From NCBI GenBank assembly GCA_977862235.1, contig OZ374560.1, forward strand, positions 1,798,001 through 1,862,000: a DNA stretch of 64,000 bases, read 5' to 3'. The translations under genes were made by a program, and so were the position numbers. Origin of the DNA: Dudresnaya verticillata (Eukaryota). This document shows, piece by piece, positions 47,401 through 61,302 of this stretch (positions are counted from its first letter, which is position 1; the number at the start of each line of letters is the position of its first letter). The notes beneath the pieces are model-generated. The model was not told the origin of the DNA. It was given only the letters and a program-made list of their open reading frames with translations, and did not search any database.

Positions 47401-49263
47401 GGGCTTCGGCGCCACCGGCTGACAGCGTGTGCACAACAGTGCACACGTGGCGCAGCTGGTCTTACAGCTGCGCGCGCCACTGCGCACTTCCTTACAGTTC
47501 AGCGGGGCTTCGGCGCCACCGGCTGACAGCGTGCGCACAGCAGTGCACACGAGGCGCAGCTGGTCTTACAGCTGCGCGTGCGTGGCACAGCTGGTCTTAC
47601 AGCTATGCCACAAAAATCCTTGGAAGACGCAAGGAAAGACATTCAGAAGAACGATCAAGGAGAACCCGTCTGGACAGGACTGTTCGCCGCGTACCGTTCC
47701 GATCTCGTGGCACCAGATAATCTCTTGACAGGACTCTAAACTATTATGGTATCAATGCTTCTCAGCCTCCCCACAAAGGAACTCAGATGTGCCACATCGG
47801 AATACAGGCGGACGGAATATGTGCCAGTCTCACTAACAATGGACTTATAAAACAGAAGCGAATATGCAATGAGGATGTGAGAAAATTGAACAGTATGAGC
47901 CTTTTCGGAACATTTTGTGTTTTACTTGTGTCGGCACTGACCTTCACAATATTAGGAGCTTTCATTCGATCAAACCGTACGGAATATTACCGAACGCTAG
48001 AGCTTCTCAAACTTTTCTAGAGGCTTGTGGCATTCACATATTGGTGGTCCGAGCAAGAATTGGATGGGTTTAAGGCCTACGATACAGTCCGCGGTAACAA
48101 TGTGACTTATATATCGGAGCTGAGAGTACGCTCCAAATGGTGGGTGGAAAGGATCGAAAAGCTCTGTACAGAGTTTTAAGAGAAGAGGAAATTGCTGGAT
48201 AAACCGAACTTCCACCGTGTAATTGAACTGTATGAGCACTCCAACTCTGCCTTCGGAAATATTAGAAAGTTTATGGAGTTGGCATTTGAGTGTGCGCACC
48301 AACTTTTGAACCGATGTCTTCAAAGAAGCAATAAGCACAATTTCCACATTTCGGTGGTAGATCATTGTGTGGGAAACGATTGGCAAGGAAGACTAGCAGT
48401 ACTGCTAGCACTTTCTCGTTCCCCTGAAGACGAAATCCGAAAGAAGTGTTTCGTACGAAGGCTTCTGCTCGGAGAAGAAGTACATTTGCTGGACGAGGAG
48501 AAGGATTCCGACCTTCTGGCAAGAGTAGATGCCGCAATGAGTGGTCAAATTAATCGCACACTAGAAAAGAAGATACTGAAGCAAGGAAGAGCTGGTAGCT
48601 CTTCTGTACAGAGGTCATCGAAATAGATATGCAGAAGTCGTACGACAGCGCAGGATGTAGCCCGAGTTGTTTTCCTTCCGGAGAGGGATGTAGAAGAGGC
48701 CGTTACATCAACCTGGAAAGGCCTGAATGCATTCTATCCTTCCACTGAACGACTCAGTCGAGGAGATAGTACTATCCCTGAACTTTATAAGTTGGCCAAA
48801 AGAGTTAGCGTTGGAAGCAATGGCATGAAAATTGGAACTCCCGCCGCCTTTGATTGCATTTACTGCAACATCGTCATTCAAGCATACTGCAGTCCTGAGG
48901 ATATTGGAAGACCCATTCCCATACCATGTATCAGCCCCGATGCGAAAACTTACCTTTTTACCATTTTATGTGCAATAATGGTACCAGATAGTGTGTGGGT
49001 GCTTTGCGTGCGTTGCACACCATCTAGAGATTCTATTCTCCATATAGAAAAAACGTTGAGTACTCAATCGTTTCGTGTTCTACAATTGCATCCCTCGTAC
49101 GAAGGGTTGCTTTGTATCACTTTTGTCAGAATGCCGGGAATTCCGTACGGAACTGTGTATTTGATGCAGGTAAAAGGGAGGTGAGACACTGCAAAACTCT
49201 ACTACAAGGTGGAAAAATGTTCTGCGAAAGGCGCGTTAATGCATACCCGCCGAGAATAGCTTG
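44489..49263 (+). pseudogene. Highly decayed CACTA/EnSpm-like transposase
   Basis: IFIDVVGYVPDYSAL..DVVAHVGNSPCTL (D-x-P/SA..GH..C motif); PDNLLTG; KPNFHRVIELYEH..FGN..ELAFECAHQ; C-terminal YPPRIA*; 5' boundary uncertain. Confidence 0.7.
46671..47612. mobile_element. Solo LTR (942 bp), distant relative of family A
   Basis: TGTGGC...GCCACA termini; perfect TSD AAAAT (46666-46670, 47613-47617); internal ~105-bp tandem duplication. Confidence 0.85.
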
Positions 49264-49870
49264 ACGCTATCCTTAAATATTTATTTCTAGTAAATCCGCT
49301 GCGCGACACTCACTGCGTAGCTGCTTCATTTCATTTAAAGAAATATTTACCTCGGTTCCGTTCCTCGTTACTGCTTTCAGTAACTAAACTTTTGTTCAGC
49401 TGTACAGTTCGGTGAGCTACAAGTGCTACTATCAAAAAAGTACTGAGCCATGGTATTTCAATAAATGTAAAATTGATACCTCTTGTGCTCTGTGCAATTT
49501 AATTCAGAGATGCATATTTGTTGTAGACCAGTACTGGAAGTCGAGCAATACCTATTTTGTAAAAGATTTGTTTTTTATTCACACTGCAGTTCCAGATCAT
49601 TAGAGGTATCGGACGAGAGTTGCAAGGGGGTACGAATTATACCAACAAATAGAGAGTTACGAAAGTACAAGAAAGATGTTCAGAAGAAAAGAAAGCGAGA
49701 GCTCGTACGAGCACAATCATTTATACACGTGCAGAATATAAGTCATACAGACAACGCCTGGTGGTAGCATCATCGAGCTCCACGTGGGCATGGGACCATG
49801 GAATATATTTCAGAAATACAACTCTGGCCCATAGCTGTCCGGTAATCATCGGTACTGACAGAAAGACCCC

Positions 49871-52800
49871 TGTCTGTGGATTATTACGCGACCGTCTGTA
49901 ATTGCGTTACCTGCGCGAAGAACCGGGTACTGATGCGAAAGAACGTGAAGGAGATGAAACTGTTCGCAGCCACCGAGCCTCTCGAGTTTGTGTCCATCGA
50001 TATACTCGGGGAACTCATACGCACTAAGCGGGGGAATAAGTTCCTACTCGTCATAGTGGACCGCTTCTCGAAGCTGGTCCGGACGGTTCCCTTGCGTAAG
50101 ATTACGACATTGGAAATCGCTAAGGCTTTTGTTCGACACTGGGTGTTTGTGTATGGCCCACCCAAGAAGCTGCTGTCCGACAATGGGCCGCAATTTGTAG
50201 CCAAGTTGTTCCAGGCCGTCTGCCGCATCCTAGGGATGGAGAATCTCTTCACCACTACGTATCATCCACAGTGTAAGGGCCAGGCGGAACGATTCAATCG
50301 AACCATCCTCGCCTCCCTCCGTCATTACGTGGCAGAACACCCAAGGGACTGGGATTTGTTCACCTATTCTTTGCCGTTCGCGTACAATACGCAACTGCAT
50401 TCGTCTACACACCTCGCTCCGTTTGAGCTGGTGCTATCTAAGCTCCCGCGACCATTGTCGCTGGAAGCGGAACCGTCGCTTGAAAGCGTGCCCAACGCCG
50501 GGCAATACTACACCAAGTGGCGAACCTAGCTGTCTGCATTGATGGGAACCGCTAAACCGTCGCTCGCGAAAACGCAGGCGCGTTACAAACGGAACTTCGA
50601 TACTCGTCTGAGGAAATCGAAGGATAATATCGCTGTGGGTGACTTCGCATTCCTGCGGAAATAATAATTCGCCCGTGGCGGGAGCACCGATCGCGCAGAG
50701 CGGAAGCAAAAGCTCGCGCCTGTGGCGGATGGACCGTATCGAGTAACTCACGTCAATGACGAGACTTTCATCGTCGACAAAGGGCGTGGGGAACGCGAGC
50801 GTTTATCTCGCGATCGCGTGATATGGGCGCCGACCCCACCAGAGCACGTTACCCCCGCAACCGTACAACCACCGGGACAACCTGAAGGACCTGGGCCCAC
50901 TTCCCCCACGTCAACAGAAGAAGGAGCAGGAACCCAAGCCACGCCACAAGCGGACCCGGCAGGAGGCACAGGGACACCGCGAAGCGCAGAATACTCGCAG
51001 GAGAGAATGAATGCAACGCCGCGAAGTCGTGGGTTGGCAGAGCGCTCTCCCTTTTCCGCCAACCCCGACGACGGTGTTTCGTAATCGGTCTCCGAAGATG
51101 AGGAGGGTCCAGGCATCCGTACGCGAATGGGACACGCAACCTCGGCATCGCCGGCTACCAATGTAGTTCCCGTTTCGAGCGCATCGAATGTTGATGAGAA
51201 AGACCGCGCTAACGCGAAGGACACCGCTGGAAGCGAGGAACCGGTACGTAAAAGCGACGAACCACAACCCGCTACGCAAGCGCTCGGGGCACCGACCCAG
51301 CGCCTTAGGCGATCGACTCGTCGAGTACGGTTTGCAGAACCGGTGCAGACACCCATCGCGCAACGAAGTGAACCATCCAAGGCGTTAGAACGGCAGGGGC
51401 CCAAGTCGATCGCTGCAGGCGAGAAGGAGTACGTTATCGAACGGGTTGAGTCGCACGCACACGCGAAAGACAGCGAGATCCTCTACCGCGTCCAGTGGTT
51501 TGGATACCCCGCTTCAGCGAATACCTGGCAACCAGTCTCCAGTCTACCGCGATCGCACGTCGCGCGATATCACCGTTAGAAGCACACGCGTCTGCCGCCA
51601 AACATCGACGACGCGCAGCGCTAGTAACCCTAGTTAGGGTGGATGCTGGAAGCGAACGGGGAGGTCTAATTCGGCGAAAGTACACGCCACATCCTCATTC
51701 GGGTCGACGCGGAGGTGAAATAGTTACGGACGAAGGGTGCTGTAATCTATCGCATCACGACCGGTTGGGTTTTCGACACGTGAATAGGTAACCCTCTTCG
51801 GAGGGGATCCGTAAGGACAGGACGGCTGACGGTAGTCAGAAGTCGTGGAGGGCGCACGCACCGCACGAAATCGGGCAACAAACGAAATGGACAATTTTAA
51901 TGTTAAAACAATAACGCGAAGGCACCACCAGCCAGGCAGCGCCCAACAACGAGGGTCTGACAAGTGTGTGCCCCGGCACTACGAGCGCCCGCGAGGCAAA
52001 CGCAAGCACGGACGCCACAGACCGTCTCCCACATCCACGCCAGGATGCACCACCCACGGCCAAGTCCGAGACGTGCCACCCTTACGGGTTGCGCGAACAC
52101 AACCGCTCCAAGCAGAACGCTCGCGATCGCCAACGACGTGGTCGCGGTCGCAAAAGGGCGGACCAAACACGAGAGGAAAACCAATCGTCGGAGACGGAGT
52201 TGTCCCTGTTTCGTGCTCGACGCGCTAACCGCGAAAAGACTCCGCCGCTGGGCGTGGCGACCGCGCTCGCGAGTCGCGGGAGGCACACCCAACATGCAAC
52301 GCATAACCGGAAGAGCCTTCACCGACGCTAGGCCAACAGCTCTCACATCTAGGGCAACAAGCCAACCGACCAACGCAACGACCCCCCAACTACATATTTG
52401 AATTTGTAGGCAATCGCTTAACAAGCGGAGTCACGATGTGAACAAAACGACTAAGTCGGACTAACAACATGGGATCCCCCAAAAGGGCCTACTACTGTAG
52501 CGGCAACAAGAACGAGGACGCCGCCAAGGCGACACCGCCCCAAGCATTTACCCAAGCGCTACTACAGCGATCCGAAAACAACGACGACGACACGAACGCA
52601 ACCCGTCGGCTACACATTACTCGCTATCGCAGCGCTCTACACCAGGTGGGACAATAAGCAACTAAGTTTGACAACGGTTACATTTATTCGGACTTCACAA
52701 GCGGGGGTAACCCCCGTGCCCGTATGACTTCTCACTACACCTATGTTGCGAGACGCTGCACTAACCGTCTATGACGTCTGAATCCCTCGCTCACCACCCC

Positions 52801-52922
52801 GCTGCGGGGCAGTCGAAGCGACACCACAAGCGCTCTCGCGTCCGCTAACCGTTCTTAACGATCCGACAACGCTACGGCTTTTTCGTCGCAGACGGCTCAG
52901 AACACTGGTTTCCCGCGTTACA
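49871..52922 (+). mobile_element. Ty3/Gypsy chromovirus 3' fragment with putative LTR
   Basis: Integrase and chromodomain; PPT-like plus TGTA junctions at 51741 and 52496; GTTACA ends at 52682 and 52922; LTR limits uncertain. Confidence 0.75.
49876..51579 (+). pseudogene. Gypsy integrase, long linker and chromodomain, disrupted
   Basis: CVTC, PLEFVSIDILG, IVDRFSK, SDNGPQF, TTYHPQCKGQAERFN, DGPYRV, EYVIERV..YRVQWFGYPASANTWQP. Confidence 0.92.
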
Positions 52923-55165
52923 GAATGTACCTTAAAAAACAGACTGAAATGAAACGCTTCCAAAGTACATGCGTTGGAAAGGGGATCGTCTCCTGAGCAC
53001 GCTGGTGCAAACGGAGTAGAGAACTAAGTAGTAGTTCGCGAGTTATGTTGGTTGGCGTGCTAACCCGGCAGCGGGTCTGAATTAATTAATTTTGCTGTAA
53101 TTTCCGAGATTTTTAATTCGGATTTTGAGGTAACCTACCTCCATGGGCCCCTCACCGCGCAGTATTCGCTGCCCCAACAGTACAGAACTACTCGTCAGTG
53201 CAATACAGCTCACGCCGCTATATGCACGGAATTGTCCTTTGCATTCTGTCGAAGTGCAGTCGAAATGGGCACTTCGCGCTACATCCGGCACACGCATTCT
53301 AGGTCAAAAACTGCTCAGTTACAATATGGCAGCCCTCCCATGAACTAGCGCGTTACAACAGGCTCGCTCATCCGGGTTCCTCTCATGGATTGGGTTCGTC
53401 TCGCGGAACACGCGCAACAAGAACTTGATGGGTGTCATTGGTCGTCTGACTCAAATCCGCTTCCTTTGCGTCTGTCACGGCGTGCAAATTCCATCGCGGT
53501 TGGTGATCATATTTTTGCTCATGTTGATGGTCATGCGCGTCATCATGTAGCAGTACATACAGATAACTGCGAACGATTGAAGAATTCGCTCCAACCACAG
53601 CGTTAGCGGCTGGACCTGATACCGCGAGTAAAAACACCGTATTCAGGCAGTAGGTTGTCTGGTGCCTGCTCGCTAGTAGCTACTATTGACCATCATCTGT
53701 TTCGCAGTGCGCGAATGTTGTACAGGACTTTCAACATAGAATTGGCGGGCTCCGCAAAGCTTGTTGCACTTCGGAGGGCAGACATATTGTAAATGTGAAC
53801 GCCACAGGCTGTGTGGTTCAGTTTGGGTCAGTAGAACGCCCCGTTTACTTTCCATTTCCTGTAACTTTCAACTTCAACAGGTAGAACGGGACATCCGCCC
53901 GCTACTTGCTTAATCAGCTCTTGTCCAGGATTCCCTAATATCAACCTGTCTTATCCAACTACCTGTTGAGAACGAAACCGCTCGGATCAGTCAACTGTCA
54001 ATTGAAGGAAGAGTCCAACATAGCCTGGTGCCGTACATTCCCTCCCTAGTAATGCCCCTCACACGATGATATCGTTATTTGACCACAAGCGTAGCGCCTC
54101 TCCTTGCAATAATCTTCTTATAGCTGTTTATGAACACCGTACTCATCCCTAAGCATATGAATATCCCGCCGATCCTCATCCTCGATTGAAACATATTCAT
54201 CCAAACACGTACTGCTGGGTGTAGTTATCCTTTGAGCCTGAATCTGTTATTCTCGTTTTGCCGCTTAACTAGCTCCTGCAATACAGTTGTGCTACCAGGG
54301 GAAATCCCGGCAAACGTCCCACATCGGGCTGAGCCACCGAAGCAGACACCCAACCCTGTCTTGAATGCTGACAGCCGACGATTTAGAATCAAGCTTTTTG
54401 ATATCTGCGTTGAGGTAGGCATGCCACTGTAGAACGCTTGAGGTTAAATGGGTCCGGATTCCTCTTATTCCCCTACATTCACGCCCACTCGTCCAGGCCG
54501 CCGTTGCGCCCATAAAAGATGCAAGGATTCTCCAGCATCGAGTACAAAGAAAATAAAGGTGCGTTGCTACGCAAGAAGCTGCACGCGTGTAGAGTCATGG
54601 CTTTGCATCGCAGTGTGAATGGGTTTTCAATCTGTTTAAACGTTTCCCGCATTACAATGACTCTCCAAAGCCATGATCCGAATTGTTCCAACGATTTAGT
54701 ACTGTGACTTTTTCAGGGACTCTAAGGAGAGCGAGCGAACCGGAAGGAGGACTAACCTTTCCTGCACTCCTGCAACTATAGTTGGCTATAGCCAGCCCCG
54801 TCTCCAACATCGTCACTCCCTGCAAATATAGACTTTGCACGCTTCATGATAATCGCTGCTGTTGTGGCCAGGGGTCGGGTATTAGCGGGTTTATCAATTG
54901 CTTTCGAGCACCGGGATTCGTCTGGTTAGGCACATATGCGTGTTCTCGTTCTGAAAATATCGGAACCTCCTAGAATCAGGCTGGCAAATCAGGTGGATCC
55001 ACGCCATTTCGCAATATTTCCCAGAAGTTTCACCCGCGCCGGCACCTGCCGTCGCCTCCTCAATGTTATTTCCCGGTGGTATCATCATCTGGAAGGAGAT
55101 CTCCGCGACTCGGAGACTACAACGGTTGGCAGGCTGGACCAGAAATGTAGACATCTTCAGCTGCA

Positions 55166-58143
55166 GTGCATGAATATAATGATGGGAAGGAAATTGTTAC
55201 TCCCCCTACGCGAAGGCGTTTTCAGTTGCTCGACAAAGGGCTGATAGTCGGCACCGCTGAGCCGCTCGCCCCGCCAGAGCCTAGTGCAGCGGACAGCACA
55301 GGGTGCTATTGCACTAGACATGGGCATTATCTGCACGAGGTCGAGGAGGAAGGGCAAACATTGGCGGTCATTTACAAGGTGAAGATAGAAGGAGAATTTG
55401 CTTCGAAGCCCTACCGTTACACCTACAAGGGCGTCGAAGATCTTCCTGCTACTCTTCGCGGTCTTGAGGTAGGAATTCATGTTTGGGATGTGGCGCAGAT
55501 GCGCAACAAACATGCTGCCGCCCGCTGCAGTACTGCAGCAGACACACCTCTCCCCGCGACCCGTCTTCCCGGGGAGCAACCTTCTATGAAAACACCGCCA
55601 AAGAGTCGCCGACGAGGAAAGAGGCTGACTGTTGATTCCCCGCAAACAGCTCCTTCGCCGGTATTGACCGCATCAGCTCTGCAATACACACCTCGAACCA
55701 GACCGCGATGGCGACCTTTACCAGAGGTTTCAAATACAGCTGGTATACCCAGACCGAGTACGAAGGATTCTTCGGAATCAGAAGAATCTGGTGACGAGGC
55801 ATACGTACCGGAGGGTGACGGGGGCGATAAAGAAAGTGCTGAGGATGAGGACGATGCCGAAATAGAACGACCAGTTGAGGCAAACGCGGTGCCCAGCCCT
55901 CCTGGGGAGGGTGCTGCTGCTGTTAGCACAGGGCCGGAAGAGGGGGATGTAGACATAGCACAAGGGCACACCCGGCAGAAGCGAAGTTACAATTATCACA
56001 GCAGGCCGAAAGGAACCCGTTGTGCTCCTTTGATGGCCAGCAAGCGCCGGAAACTGCTCGAAGACCTTGAGAACACAAACATCTCGTCATGGTTATGCTT
56101 TCAGTCAAAACAATGTTTTGCGACAATTGAAAGCACATATATTCAGGAGGAAGCGAGGCGTACGATTGTAATGAACGGAGCAGCTCAGCGGGCATATCTA
56201 CGAAGCCTGTTGGAACCCAACTCTAATATGTACTTCTTCAACGCCAGGCCGGTGTGTTACACGTCTCTGGAACGGGCATTTGGATTTTCAAGGGACTTGC
56301 AGTCGTCAACGAAAGGAACGAGACAGGCCCGAAGGCGGGCCGGCCCCGGAAAGAGCTCGCGAGATGCTTCCACAGACTCTCTTGAACTCATTGTGAGCTT
56401 CTTAGAGAGGTCAGCGGAAGCTACATCTGACGCAATGCCGGACAGAGACGAGCTTCATCTAGCCTTCTTTCGAAAGCAGGCGGTGTACGAGGTCTTTGTG
56501 CGTGAGCTTTCCAAATTGTACCGAGGAAGGACACCTCCGTCTCAGAGCTGCTTTTACACTGTTTGGACTGCACATTGCGCAAGGATCAAAGTGCGCAAAA
56601 CCCACCGATTCGCGAAGTGTGCCGAGTGCAAGAGTGTGAGGGACCAGCTTGCCCACATGACTTTGGGGGGTGCAGACCAGACGGCAACAGAGGGATTGAG
56701 ACAGCGCCGCAGGCGGCATATAGAGATGGTAAGGCAGGAAAGACTCGAGTACCGGAAGAAATGCGACATGGCAAAACTCTCGCCGACAAGGTATTGCTCA
56801 ATGATTATCGATGGTGCAGATCAATCGGCGTATGGTCTGCCGCACTTCCATGTTCGATCGAAAGCCACAACGGGTCATGCGCTGGCAGCAAAGTTAATAG
56901 GAGTACTGGACCATGGTGCTGCAGATCGATTGTCGTTATTAACAATGACTGCCGAGTTCGAATCCGGTGCAAACCATATTGTTGAGGCGTTGCACCGCGT
57001 GTTAGCAACCAAATATGATATAGGGGAGGTCCGGGACACTCTCTTTCTGCAAGGAGACAACTGTACAGTGAAAAAAGAACACGTTCCTACTCGCGTACTT
57101 GGCGTCGCTCGTGTCGTGGGGGGTATTCACTGAAGTGCATATGTCTTTCTTGCCAATCGGGCACACACATGCCGAGACCAAACGTTTAGTTGCACCTCCA
57201 GGAGGCTTCGCGTCCACGACGCGGTGACTATTCAGGACTTGATGGAGGAACTACGCCAATCTTACACACCCGCGCCTATAGTGACGCGCATGCGACACAT
57301 CGCGAACTGGTCCGGGCTCTGCAAACAGGAAAAGTGTACTGGGGGGTTAAGCCTTTCTCCCACTTTCGCTACTTCAAATTGTCCAGATCTGAACTGGACT
57401 CCGGCTCTACTGCAGCTTATTATAAGACGAAGTGTGAGGTACGAGTGGGTTGCAAGGATTCGTGGAAGGCGTTGAAAACAAAGGGACCTCAACAAGGTTT
57501 CTTGCTATTCCCACCCGAGTTGGGAAAGACACCTGCCACTGCGATAATCTCCCCTCCAGGTAAAGAAGAAGTAAGCAAGCGCTTACGCCCAGAGGAGCTG
57601 CGAATCAATGACTCCGCGAAGCTAAAGGAGTTACAAACGTTGCGCGATGAGGTCTTCCGCGATCGTGAGGAGCCTCTGCATTGGGACCTGACAAAGGTAT
57701 TCGAGAAGAAGGGGGTACATAGAAAGTTGGAGCAAGTTGTCGAAAGCGATGGTGAGCTGGAGGAGGACGCAGATAGAGACGCTGAGGAGCACGATGACGC
57801 TGAGCACGAGACTCAGCGTGCTGACTTGACGTATGGTTTCAACCGTTTCGTGGTGCTGAACATTAAAGACAATAATGTGCCTTTCTGGATCGGACAGGTA
57901 CAGGGCTGGAAGAAGGACAGCGCGGGTGTTGTTTGCACCCTGTCAATCAGGTGGTATGAGGTTGGTTCAGGACAGGACGCGTGAGACGGTAAATATCGCC
58001 CTCCTGTCTACGCCAGAACCAAGAAGGCATGGACTGACGATGTTGATGCCGCGCCTGTCCTCGTTGAGTTTGAGAAACTGTCTAATAGATGCCCAACCCA
58101 AGCTGTTAAGAAGAAGATACGAGACTCCCTACAGACATCGTAG
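55166..58143 (+). pseudogene. Sola-like (DUF7869-type) DDD transposase with several frameshifts
   Basis: FAKCAEC; MIIDGADQ; GANHIVEAL; LFLQGDNC/KNTFLLAYLASLV.WGVF.EV.MSFLPIGHTH/DQTFS; joined across frameshifts near 57070, 57175 and 57340. Confidence 0.8.
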
Positions 58144-60239
58144 CACGACAGACCATTAAACTGTTTTCGCTTGCGGTGCATCATTTGGAGTCTTGCACAT
58201 TTCATATCCAAGTGCGCCCTCGAGGTGGCTCAGGTCGGGCAGCTTGCGCATTGCGCCGCTGTTGCATTTGCGGTTGGTGGCCGCGGGCGAGCGCGTGTTG
58301 GGAGCGTGGCGCGTCTCTTCTCACAGTTTGCGAGATAGACGGTAACCGTCTTTGTAGCGTGACACACAAAACTTTAATGCTGCGTAGATAGTGCCAGCAC
58401 ACTTCTCGTTGGCTACACACATATTGTCGTGTAGCACTACGCAACACTTTCTCAACTAAAACCTTGACACGCTCTATTGTATTCAATAGAGACAACTTGT
58501 GTTTTACAACGTGCTCGTTCGGGCAGTGATTCTCAGTCTGCCCTTTCTCCAAAAGTGCATTTCCTGACTGCCGCGAATCCAAGAGGATATATGTAGTTGT
58601 CGAACTCTCCCATCAAATGCCTGTTCGCAGAACGCATCGAAAACCTTCTCAAACGCCATGACATACTTGTCGACACAAAACCACCGCATATGGGGCTCTG
58701 CCGTAATCACACCCATGTGCGTCAATTAGAACCTCTCACTACTGTCCAGGCACGGTCACTTTCTTGCCATCACCGCGCGGGGCCCATGCAGCGCAAACTG
58801 TACCTCTTCGATTAACACATGTAGAGTACATATATCTTCTACTTAGAGGACACCTCAAAAGGTTGGGTTCGTGGTTGCTTAGATTGTTGCTGCGTGCAAC
58901 TTCGTCTTGAACAAGGAAATCTGTTTGTACTGTGCACATCCCCCCGATTGAATCCTTTTGCAACCTCGTTCTCACTGCGACAGCCGCCGAGGAGAGTTTC
59001 TATTTCCTGCCAGTCCTCCCACTGATCCTCGTTCAAGGAGCAAGCTCTCCAAAACGACACGTCATGATTATAATATCCGTGCTTGCGATAGGAAAGCCAA
59101 GCATAATGTTACAGGGCTCACTTGCTTGTCTACAGAAGCGAGCACTGCTGTGCGTGCCACCCACTGGGTGCCTGGCAGGCACTGCGCAGTTGATATCAAC
59201 AACGCTGTGAACCCAGATGACGTGTTTACACTGCCTAATAGGACTGGAATAACACAATGCAGGATGCACGGCATAGGCGTACGCACTTTTTAACGCCGTT
59301 TCGGAAAGAAACCTCGGAAAAACGCACCTACATTTCTAGACGTCGACGCGGTCGTCACTCCTTCGTTTGTAGCGGTATTCGATGCCAATGACGTTGCCAT
59401 CGAAGATGTTGCAGATCATCTCCAGCAGCTATACCAAATGCTTCTACGCTCGTCGTTGGTGGTCCTGATTCTTGATTCGCTTAAGCGCTTCAGCTGAAGC
59501 GCTCTCAGAGCCTTGCAAGTCTGATAGACTAGCCGACTCGGGACGTTTTTCTTCCGTCGGCGTAGTGAGATTAGTGCTTAAAGCTCTTCTTGCGGCGTCG
59601 TTGCCGTGGTAACCCCAGCCTGACAATACCTGGCCCTCGGTTTTCGCAGCTGCCGCATTCTGTTTTGATCGGGAGTCAACGGGCAGTTGACCAGAGGATT
59701 GATGAAGACTTTGACGGCCAACATGCAGCATTACCCGGTTTGCATGGGCTGAATTCAGACGCCCACGTGCGTGCAACGTTTTCCTTAGTCAGCTTGAAGG
59801 GTTAGCGCTCCCTCTCCTCATGCGTCTCGACCAGCTGAACTACATAGACGTATGTATCCTTGCGAGGAGCTCGTAGTGCCACCTTGTACTCTGAGGTACC
59901 CATACACATCAGTTCCATATTAGGCAACACGGAAGCAACGTGGAGGCGTGGGCGCGGCAGCTGTGGGAGCGTATGTCGCGATGATGATGGGAGCGTATTG
60001 CGCACGCGTCTACGCTCGATTAGCGCAGCAGCAGACGCGGCAGATCTCGACAACACCAGGCGGACGTCGACGCTGCGCTGCGACTGCAGCCTGCTCAGGG
60101 CGGGACATACAGCTGAGGGTGTGGGTGTGCTGCGCAGGGGGCGTTTTGGGCAGGGAAGCAGATGCAGCTATTCTGATGTGTGTCATACCGACAGCGCGGC
60201 CGCGTGCCTGCAGCGACGGGACTGTGTGATTCCGAGATG

Positions 60240-60580
60240 GCCGGATAGGTTTCTGCTAATGCGAGCCGCCAGGACCTATCCGGCAATATCGATATTAGTT
60301 TTTAGGTTTTCTCGACCCGGCGACGCAAAAAACTTTCCAACAGGTATTCTGGTTGCGTGCTTACAAATACCTATAAAGGCATTTCTGACGCGCCGACAGC
60401 AAAACCTATTGCAATAGGTTTTGTGAAAGTGATTTGGAAAATAACTATATAGGTATTTCCAGATTCAGTGTAGAAATACCTATTAAACAGATATTCGATC
60501 TCGCGCGCCGTGAAAACCTATTCGTCAATATTGATATTAGTTTTTAGGTTTCTGCAAGTTCGTGCTGTGAAAACATATCC
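60240..60580. repeat. Array of ACCTAT/ATAGGT motifs with palindromes and a ~35-bp direct repeat
   Basis: Perfect 24-bp palindrome CAAAACCTATTGCAATAGGTTTTG at 60400-60423; GCCGGATAGGT/ACCTATCCGGC; CAATAT.GATATTAGTTTTTAGGTTT twice. Confidence 0.85.
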
Positions 60581-60959
60581 GGGGCTCCCGCGGCTCGGTC
60601 GTACACAGTCCGCCGCCTGCCGGCGGTCCTCGCCAGATTTGTGCGTGCACCTCGCGCACCATGCCGCGCACCATCCACACTGCCGCCAGTTCTTCCTGTT
60701 CACGCCGAGGCTATCGTTGCTGACCCCGCGCCGGGTTTAGAGCCGGCGCCCATGTGACGCAGAAACGCTCTCGCATGGCCAAATGTCCTGCGCACAGCGC
60801 ACAGCGCAGGGAGTCGTCCTCTGCAGCAGTATCGTCAAGCACGGATACGGACGCGTGTCCTGTGGTTCGAGCGTGAGAAGAGATGGAAAGAGACAACACA
60901 ACGCAGTTTACATTTCAGTTTCTGGCGAGGCACAGGACCACTCTAAAGATTGCCGATGG

Positions 60960-61244
60960 CTATACGTTTCCGGTATCCCCCCCTCCATCCGAACCGGGGT
61001 TCTGTTCGTTCTGTGCTGGACCATATATTCTGGTAATCGCCCTGTATAGGGCACTGACTTTCCCCCTAAGGCTCCTCAGAGCGTTCACAGCTTGCCTGCC
61101 TTCACCATACACAATCTCTCTCACGGTTTGTGCCACGGCCCGAAGTTGCTCATCGAGATAGTTTGCTCTCGTCTGCAGTTGTCGAACCTGCAGACGGAGG
61201 TCGTCAATCTCGCCTCTCAGCTCCTGGAATGTTTGACGTGTCAT
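60960..61244 (-). CDS. Small coiled-coil protein, unknown function
   Basis: 94-aa ATG ORF with heptads FQELRGEIDDLRLQVRQLQTRANYLDEQL. Confidence 0.5.
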   Translation of the reverse strand: MTRQTFQELRGEIDDLRLQVRQLQTRANYLDEQLRAVAQTVREIVYGEGRQAVNALRSLRGKVSALYRAITRIYGPAQNEQNPGSDGGGDTGNV

Positions 61245-61302
61245 TCTGATTTCTCTTCTAGCCTCTTCTCACTCGGCACATCGGTATGCAGTGCAATGGC
61301 GA

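Noticed and set aside
53640..54840. Decayed minus-strand gene with Cys/His clusters, divergent from the Sola-like gene
   Set aside because: Too fragmented to assign any family
58200..60060. Possible Harbinger-type transposase on the minus strand (CCVVLHDNMCV)
   Set aside because: Only one weak motif; no DDE motifs could be assembled; left as unidentified decayed coding-like sequence
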